Made by a program: the position numbers and the translations under genes. 32,000 bases of DNA from Methanocaldococcus jannaschii DSM 2661. GTDB taxonomy: Archaea > AGJL01 > Methanococci > Methanococcales > Methanocaldococcaceae. Below the pieces are notes generated by a model. The model saw only the letters and a list, made by a program, of their open reading frames with translations. It was not told where the DNA came from and did not search any database. The number at the start of each line of letters is the position of its first letter. Position 1 is the first letter of the stretch. Of this stretch, positions 26,985-32,000 are shown piece after piece. The DNA is taken from positions 1,162,961 to 1,194,960 of the forward strand of contig NC_000909.1 of the NCBI RefSeq assembly GCF_000091665.1, given 5' to 3'.

Positions 26985-27095
26985 GGGGGTGTGGTGTAGC
27001 CAGGTCTATCATCGGGGACTCCAGTTGCCTATAGGGCGCTGGACCACGGCAGGAGAAATCCCTGGACCTGGGTTCAAATCCCAGCACCCCCACCA
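26985..27095 (+). tRNA. tRNA-Trp (anticodon CCA) with a 33-nt intron and genomically encoded CCA end
   Basis: Hand-folded. Acceptor stem GGGGGTG/CACCCCC. D arm GTGT/TCAT with an AGCCAGGTCTA loop. Anticodon stem GGGGA/TCCCT. Loop CTCCAG^A with CCA at 27021-27023. T arm CTGGG-TTCAAAT-CCCAG. Discriminator A followed by CCA. It is the only GC-rich island in the window. Confidence 0.92.
27025..27057 (+). other. tRNA-Trp intron at canonical position 37/38 with a bulge-helix-bulge motif
   Basis: CUCC (27019-22) pairs with GGAG (27052-55). UGCC (27026-29) pairs with GGCA (27048-51). The 3-nt bulges AGU (27023-25) and AAA (27056-58) lie on opposite strands, separated by the 4-bp helix. Confidence 0.8.
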
Positions 27096-27101
27096 TTTTT
27101 T
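27096..27101 (+). terminator. T6 tract immediately after the tRNA 3' end
   Basis: TTTTTT directly follows the encoded CCA, the typical archaeal oligo-T termination signal. Confidence 0.55.
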
Positions 27102-27181
27102 AAATAACTTAAATCTTTCTGATTTATTTTTTAATAATTAATTCATAGATTTGGATACATTTGTGAAAATAACTTCGATAG

Positions 27182-27724
27182 GTGTCGAAATTGGAAGAAC
27201 TTGATATAGTATCTAACAATATATTGATATTAAAAAAATTCTATACAAACGATGAGTGGAAAAATAAACTGGATTCTTTAATTGATAGGATTATAAAAGC
27301 TAAAAAAATTTTTATTTTTGGAGTAGGTAGGAGTGGATATATTGGAAGATGTTTTGCCATGAGATTAATGCATCTTGGTTTTAAATCATATTTTGTTGGG
27401 GAAACTACAACTCCTTCCTATGAAAAAGATGATTTACTAATTTTAATATCGGGTAGTGGAAGAACAGAGAGTGTTTTAACAGTAGCTAAAAAGGCAAAGA
27501 ATATAAATAACAACATTATCGCAATTGTATGTGAATGTGGAAATGTAGTAGAGTTTGCTGATTTAACAATTCCTTTAGAAGTGAAGAAATCAAAATATTT
27601 ACCAATGGGAACCACTTTTGAAGAAACAGCTTTGATATTTTTAGATTTAGTCATAGCTGAGATTATGAAAAGATTGAATTTAGATGAAAGTGAAATAATA
27701 AAGAGACATTGTAATTTACTTTAA
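27182..27724 (+). CDS. phi: 6-phospho-3-hexuloisomerase (SIS domain)
   Basis: Contains FGVGRSGYIGRCFAMRL and LILISGSGRTES, which are SIS-domain motifs. The 180-aa length matches PHI. The start is GTG. Confidence 0.88.
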   Translation: MSKLEELDIVSNNILILKKFYTNDEWKNKLDSLIDRIIKAKKIFIFGVGRSGYIGRCFAMRLMHLGFKSYFVGETTTPSYEKDDLLILISGSGRTESVLTVAKKAKNINNNIIAIVCECGNVVEFADLTIPLEVKKSKYLPMGTTFEETALIFLDLVIAEIMKRLNLDESEIIKRHCNLL

Positions 27725-27756
27725 TATAAAAATATATAAAATAAAAAATAAAGCGT

Positions 27757-28221
27757 TTATTCTAAATCCTCAGCCTCAAATTTCTGAGCTGAAACATATT
27801 CTGTAACTTCTTTTTGATACTCATCTAATGTTTTAATTATCTTTTTTAGCAATAGTAAGTTATCCAACATTATTCCAAATGTCCTCATTGTAAATACACT
27901 TGCAGAAAATAGAGCATCTCTTGGATTCTCCTCTCCAAATGTGTCCATAATCCAATATTGTGCTCTTGGAGCTACACTTTTCCACATTTCAGTCAATCCA
28001 TTGAATCCCTCAATTTCATGGTCTCTTTTTAAATTACTTTTTACATCTCTTATGTAGTTGTATAAATCACCAAATGATTTTATATTAAACTTCTCAGCAA
28101 AACTTGTTGGAGAACCATCCTTTTTTCTTAGGGAGAACTCTAATATAATTAATATTCTCCTCAATGACTTTTTATCAATTCCAGAAAGTTCAGATAACTT
28201 TTCTATAACTTCCATCTTCAT
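27757..28221 (-). CDS. Hypothetical protein (154 aa)
   Basis: Clean ORF, divergent from the DHQ synthase gene. I recognise no family. Confidence 0.55.
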   Translation of the reverse strand: MKMEVIEKLSELSGIDKKSLRRILIILEFSLRKKDGSPTSFAEKFNIKSFGDLYNYIRDVKSNLKRDHEIEGFNGLTEMWKSVAPRAQYWIMDTFGEENPRDALFSASVFTMRTFGIMLDNLLLLKKIIKTLDEYQKEVTEYVSAQKFEAEDLE

Positions 28222-28403
28222 CCCTCCAACTTATGCTGTATATCATAAACTATGATAAATTATTCACTAATAGTATATAAATCTTCCTATTTTTAGAATA
28301 TAATTATATTAGAACAACGTGTAAAAATAGGAAAATTATTAAATTGAGAAGTTAAATATAGGGGTAGGCAATAAAATCTAAAACAATAACTTAGGGTGAA
28401 ACT

Positions 28404-29489
28404 ATGAAATTTGGATGGGTTAATGTTATTGGAGATAACTGGGAAGAGAAAAAGAAGATAGTAACAACAGCATTAGAGTCATCAATCCCAGTAGTTGTTG
28501 CTGAACCAGAAGATATTGAAAAAATTAAAGAACTTGGAAATATTAAAGTTGCCTCCCATTCCTTAGACGCGGATATTGTTTTAGTAAATAAAAATGACAA
28601 CATAGAGTTTTTAAAAGAGGCAAAGAACTTAGGAAAAGAAACAGCCATATACATTCCAATTGAATCAAAGGAAGATGAAGAGTTTGCTTCAGAGGTTGCA
28701 AGGTTTGGATTTGTTGATAACATTATCTTAGAGGGGAGAGATTGGACAATCATTCCATTAGAAAATTTAATAGCTGATTTATTCCATAGGGATGTTAAGA
28801 TTGTAGCAAGTGTTAATTCAGTTGATGAGGCAAAGGTTGCCTATGAAATTTTAGAGAAAGGGACTGATGGGGTTCTCTTAAATCCAAAAAACTTAGAGGA
28901 TATAAAGGAGTTATCAAAATTAATTGAAGAGATGAATAAAGAGAAAGTGGCTTTAGATGTAGCAACAGTAACAAAGGTTGAGCCAATAGGTAGTGGAGAC
29001 AGGGTTTGTATAGATACCTGCTCACTAATGAAGATAGGAGAAGGAATGTTAATTGGCTCCTACTCAAGAGCTCTCTTCTTAGTTCATTCTGAGACTGTTG
29101 AGAACCCTTACGTAGCTACAAGGCCATTCAGAGTTAATGCTGGACCTGTTCATGCATACATATTATGCCCTGGTAATAAAACAAAATATCTCAGTGAGCT
29201 AAAAGCTGGAGATAAGGTTTTGATTGTAGATAAGGATGGAAATACAAGGGAGGCAATAGTTGGCAGGGTAAAGATTGAAAGAAGACCTTTAGTGTTAATT
29301 GAGGCAGAGTATAAAGGGGATATTATTAGAACTATACTGCAGAATGCTGAAACTATAAGATTGGTTAATGAAAAAGGAGAACCAATTTCTGTTGTTGATT
29401 TAAAACCTGGAGACAAAGTTTTAATAAAACCAGAGGAGTATGCAAGGCATTTTGGAATGGCAATAAAAGAGACGATTATTGAAAAGTGA
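28404..29489 (+). CDS. aroB': 3-dehydroquinate synthase type II (archaeal, acts on the amino-dideoxy-heptulosonate intermediate)
   Basis: 361 aa starting MKFGWVNV. The overall pattern matches the archaeal DHQS-II family as I remember it. Confidence 0.85.
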   Translation: MKFGWVNVIGDNWEEKKKIVTTALESSIPVVVAEPEDIEKIKELGNIKVASHSLDADIVLVNKNDNIEFLKEAKNLGKETAIYIPIESKEDEEFASEVARFGFVDNIILEGRDWTIIPLENLIADLFHRDVKIVASVNSVDEAKVAYEILEKGTDGVLLNPKNLEDIKELSKLIEEMNKEKVALDVATVTKVEPIGSGDRVCIDTCSLMKIGEGMLIGSYSRALFLVHSETVENPYVATRPFRVNAGPVHAYILCPGNKTKYLSELKAGDKVLIVDKDGNTREAIVGRVKIERRPLVLIEAEYKGDIIRTILQNAETIRLVNEKGEPISVVDLKPGDKVLIKPEEYARHFGMAIKETIIEK

Positions 29490-29495
29490 TAATAT

Positions 29496-29996
29496 ATGAG
29501 AGGAATAAACCCAGTATTGTTTAAAATATCTTTTTTATTAATAATTCTGGTTTCCTTAATATTGTCTTTATTTTATTATAATTTTCTATTTGCCTTCCTA
29601 CTTTCTTTTATTTTATTTGGAATTACTTGGGCGTATTGTTATATAAAGATTGAAAGCACTGACAAAGGAAAATTACTTTACGAAATAAAAAGACCCGGTA
29701 TAGAAACTTTAAGATTTTTATTTATTCTTATGATTATTAGCGTTTTTATAAAATCCCTACTTCATTCAAATAGTTTCTTCCCATATATAAGTTTTTTATT
29801 ATCAAATTTAATTTTAGGACTTGTTTTATTTGACGACTACATTTTAGGAAATCCAACAATAAAGTTTTATGAAAAAGGAGTTGTATTTGATAGAGTTGCA
29901 TTTTATAATTGGGAGGAACTCGATATAAAAGAAGATGAAGGCTATTTAAAGATTAAGATAAAATATTATCCAAAGGAAATTATGTATAAAAAATAA
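29496..29996 (+). CDS. Hypothetical membrane protein (4 TM plus a small C-terminal soluble domain)
   Basis: 166 aa with a hydrophobic N-terminal two-thirds. Its ATG is 6 nt after the DHQS-II stop. Confidence 0.6.
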   Translation: MRGINPVLFKISFLLIILVSLILSLFYYNFLFAFLLSFILFGITWAYCYIKIESTDKGKLLYEIKRPGIETLRFLFILMIISVFIKSLLHSNSFFPYISFLLSNLILGLVLFDDYILGNPTIKFYEKGVVFDRVAFYNWEELDIKEDEGYLKIKIKYYPKEIMYKK

Positions 29997-30009
29997 ATCC
30001 TGTGAGATT

Positions 30010-30771
30010 ATGAAGATAAAGATTGGCAAAGTTGAAAAAAGATTAAATCAAATTATTGAAGAGGAAGGAGCTGTCTATTTAACTCTATTAGACCCAGAAG
30101 AAGAAAATATTGAAGAGATAGCTGAAAATGTTAAGGATTATGCAGATGCAATAATGGTTGGAGGAAGTATTGGAATTGTTAATTTAGATGAAACAGTTAA
30201 AAAAATAAAAAAGATAACTAAGCTCCCAATAATTCTATTCCCTGGAAATGTTGATGGATTGTCAAGATATGCTGACGCTGTGTTTTACATGAGCCTAATG
30301 AACTCAGCAAACACTTATTGGGTTGTAACAGCCCCAACTTTAGGGGCGATAACAATTTTAAAATATAATTTAGAGCCAATTCCAATGGCTTATCTCTGCA
30401 TAGAACCAGCAAAAAAAACAGCCGTTGGTTATGTTGGGGAGATTAGAGAGATACCTCAAAACAAACCAAAAATAACTGCAATGTATTGTTTATCTGCAAA
30501 GTTCTTTGGAATGAGATGGGCTTATTTAGAGGCTGGTAGTGGGGCATCTTACCCAGTAAACAATGAGACTATAGCCTTATCAAAAAAACTCTCTGGAATT
30601 AATATAATTGTTGGTGGAGGAATTAGAAAGCCAGAGATTGCCTATGAGAAAGTTTTAGCTGGAGCTGATGCTATAGTTACTGGTAATTTGTTGGAAGAGA
30701 ATCCTAAAGCTGTTGAGATGATGTATGATGCTATTAAAAAAGCTGGAAAAGAGAAATTGAAAAATAAGTAA
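30010..30771 (+). CDS. Geranylgeranylglyceryl phosphate synthase (PcrB/GGGPS family)
   Basis: TIM-barrel pattern with IMVGGS, LEAGSGASYP and IIVGGGIR (phosphate-binding motifs). GTGAG SD upstream. Confidence 0.88.
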   Translation: MKIKIGKVEKRLNQIIEEEGAVYLTLLDPEEENIEEIAENVKDYADAIMVGGSIGIVNLDETVKKIKKITKLPIILFPGNVDGLSRYADAVFYMSLMNSANTYWVVTAPTLGAITILKYNLEPIPMAYLCIEPAKKTAVGYVGEIREIPQNKPKITAMYCLSAKFFGMRWAYLEAGSGASYPVNNETIALSKKLSGINIIVGGGIRKPEIAYEKVLAGADAIVTGNLLEENPKAVEMMYDAIKKAGKEKLKNK

Positions 30772-30785
30772 AAGAATTTAAACGG

Positions 30786-31487
30786 TTATCTATTTTTTAC
30801 CTTTTTCGCAACAAATCCAATGTATGATGCAAAGTTTTTTAAAAAGCTTTTGTAAATAAATTTATCTAATGGAGAATTGGTAATATTTGTCCCAAATGTA
30901 TAAACTACCTCAAAACCTTCTTTTTTTAAGGCATCTTCAACCTCCTTAAAATCATAGAATCTTGTTTTTACTTTTATTTTTTCTCCATCAATTACTTTTG
31001 TTATTGTTCCTTTTCTTTTTTTCATGGCATTTTTTACCTTTTTAAAATTTCCTTTTAAAATGTTTTTTATAATCCATTTTATATCGTAGATGTTTGCCAC
31101 AGTGAATATAAAAATTCCATCATCCTTTAAAACCCTATTAACTTCTCTTAAAGCTCTCTTTAAATTACAATGATTTAAAGCTCCAAAGAAAGATATTGCC
31201 TTATCAAAACTCTTATTTTTAAATGGGAGAAATTCAGCATTAGCAACAACTACTGGCTTATTTGTTTTATTTTTTGCTATTTTAGCCATTTCTAATGATA
31301 TATCTAAACCAACTGCATTATTTAAAATTTTTAACTGCTCTCCAGTTCCGCAACCAATATCTAAGACAAAGTCACCATCTTTAATCTCTTTCTGTATAAT
31401 TTCCCTTTCCACAATCCTCATATACTTGTTTTTATATAGCTTATCATAACTCTTAGCCAACTTGTCATAATACTCTTTAATTCCCAT
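30786..31487 (-). CDS. Class I SAM-dependent methyltransferase
   Basis: Contains VLDIGCGTGEQ (motif I). The start is set at MGIKEYYDKL (31487). The 18-codon Cys/His-rich extension to 31541 overlaps the start of the divergent gene and looks spurious. Confidence 0.8.
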   Translation of the reverse strand: MGIKEYYDKLAKSYDKLYKNKYMRIVEREIIQKEIKDGDFVLDIGCGTGEQLKILNNAVGLDISLEMAKIAKNKTNKPVVVANAEFLPFKNKSFDKAISFFGALNHCNLKRALREVNRVLKDDGIFIFTVANIYDIKWIIKNILKGNFKKVKNAMKKRKGTITKVIDGEKIKVKTRFYDFKEVEDALKKEGFEVVYTFGTNITNSPLDKFIYKSFLKNFASYIGFVAKKVKNR

Positions 31488-31505
31488 TTTCTCACGGTGA
31501 TGGTA

Positions 31506-32000
31506 ATGATAACTGTAGCAACTGCAGAATGCTTTACACATGCAAATATTGGCTTAACTATTCACAAGGCAGCAGCTGGTTATGAAGATTTTGAATTTAA
31601 GTATTTATTTAGTGAGGAGGATTTAAAATTAATGAAAAATGTTAGAGTTATATCTGCCATGTTTGTTCCTTCTATTATTGGAGTAGAAAAACTTTTGGAT
31701 ATAAAGCTTCCAGAGCCAGATTTTAATTATAAATATGCAAAAGCATATAGCGAAGAGAAAGATTTGGAAGTTGCTAAGTTGATGGCAGAGGGGTTAAAGA
31801 AAAAGCTTAATGTTAATATATCCATTGGTTCCACAGCTGGTGTTGGGAGGGGAGCTATTTGTATATTAACCGATAATAACCGCTATTTATTTACTTCAGA
31901 TGTTTATGCCAATTTAATAACTTTTGAAAATATTAAAGAGAGGCAAAAAAATGGTATTGAGAAGGGAATAAAAAGGTTTTTAGAGATTTTAAAAAAAGAG
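31506..32000 (+). CDS. UPF0254-family protein, 5' part (runs off the window end)
   Basis: Missing from the track because it has no stop. GGTGA at 31496-31500 is followed by ATG at 31506 (alternative ATG at 31500). Translation begins MITVATAECFTHANIGLTIHKAAAGYEDFEFKYLFSEEDLKL... and stays open to base 32000. The family name is from memory. Confidence 0.7.
   Translation, partial: MITVATAECFTHANIGLTIHKAAAGYEDFEFKYLFSEEDLKLMKNVRVISAMFVPSIIGVEKLLDIKLPEPDFNYKYAKAYSEEKDLEVAKLMAEGLKKKLNVNISIGSTAGVGRGAICILTDNNRYLFTSDVYANLITFENIKERQKNGIEKGIKRFLEILKKE

Noticed and set aside
27025-27057. tRNA-Trp intron acting as a box C/D guide RNA, as in Haloferax
   Set aside because: The intron is only 33 nt and contains no UGAUGA or CUGA boxes.
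26831-27181. tRNA gene as an integration hotspot or genomic-island boundary
   Set aside because: There is no integrase, no direct repeat of the tRNA 3' end, and the flanking genes (sucD, phi) are ordinary core metabolism.
28391-29416. Minus-strand ORFs (120, 84 and 88 aa) overlapping the DHQ synthase II gene
   Set aside because: All three are antisense to a confidently identified enzyme gene. They lack SDs and have Ser/Leu/Pro-rich shadow composition.
31488-31541. Cys/His-rich N-terminal extension (MCKAFCSCYSYHYHHREK) of the methyltransferase, which looks superficially like a metal-binding motif
   Set aside because: It is the antisense translation of the conserved-looking N-terminus of the divergent UPF0254 gene (MITVATAECFTHA). 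The internal Met at 31487 gives a normal class I methyltransferase N-terminus.

Overview
This is an AT-rich, gene-dense archaeal chromosome segment with short intergenic gaps and GGTGA-type ribosome-binding sites. I recognise it from memory as a Methanocaldococcus jannaschii-type hyperthermophilic methanogen, roughly the MJ1220-MJ1252 neighbourhood; I cannot verify that here. Most of the window is recognisable core metabolism and information processing. In order, it contains: a partial type I R-M methylase (hsdM), a DUF389 membrane protein, a GT2 glycosyltransferase with a small membrane partner, UPF0216, a four-CBS protein, a P-type H+-ATPase, a radical-SAM activase, aIF5A, the split pyruvate carboxylase (pycB, a Zn-ribbon ORF, pycA), a wHTH-CBS protein, a methyltransferase, a 3-repeat mini-CRISPR with its leader, a stand-alone cas6 directly behind form III RuBisCO, aCPSF1, proteasome beta, ProRS, several hypothetical ORFs, MCR component A2 (atwA) preceded by DUF134 and two tandem PII-like genes, sucD, an intron-containing tRNA-Trp, 6-phospho-3-hexuloisomerase, type II 3-dehydroquinate synthase, GGGP synthase, a second methyltransferase and a partial UPF0254 gene. 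I saw no transposase, integrase or prophage signal. The parts most worth a second look are: (1) the rbcL-cas6-leader-mini-array unit, which has a degenerate solo CRISPR-repeat-like 30-mer on its other flank; (2) the PII-like x2 / DUF134 / atwA cluster, where the DUF134 stop and atwA start share an ATGA; (3) the Zn-ribbon miniprotein inside the pyc operon, together with a hairpin plus U-tract in the long pycB upstream region. Many ORF-track starts are GTG or TTG codons inside the Shine-Dalgarno sequence, and I moved these to the downstream ATG where the sequence supports it.
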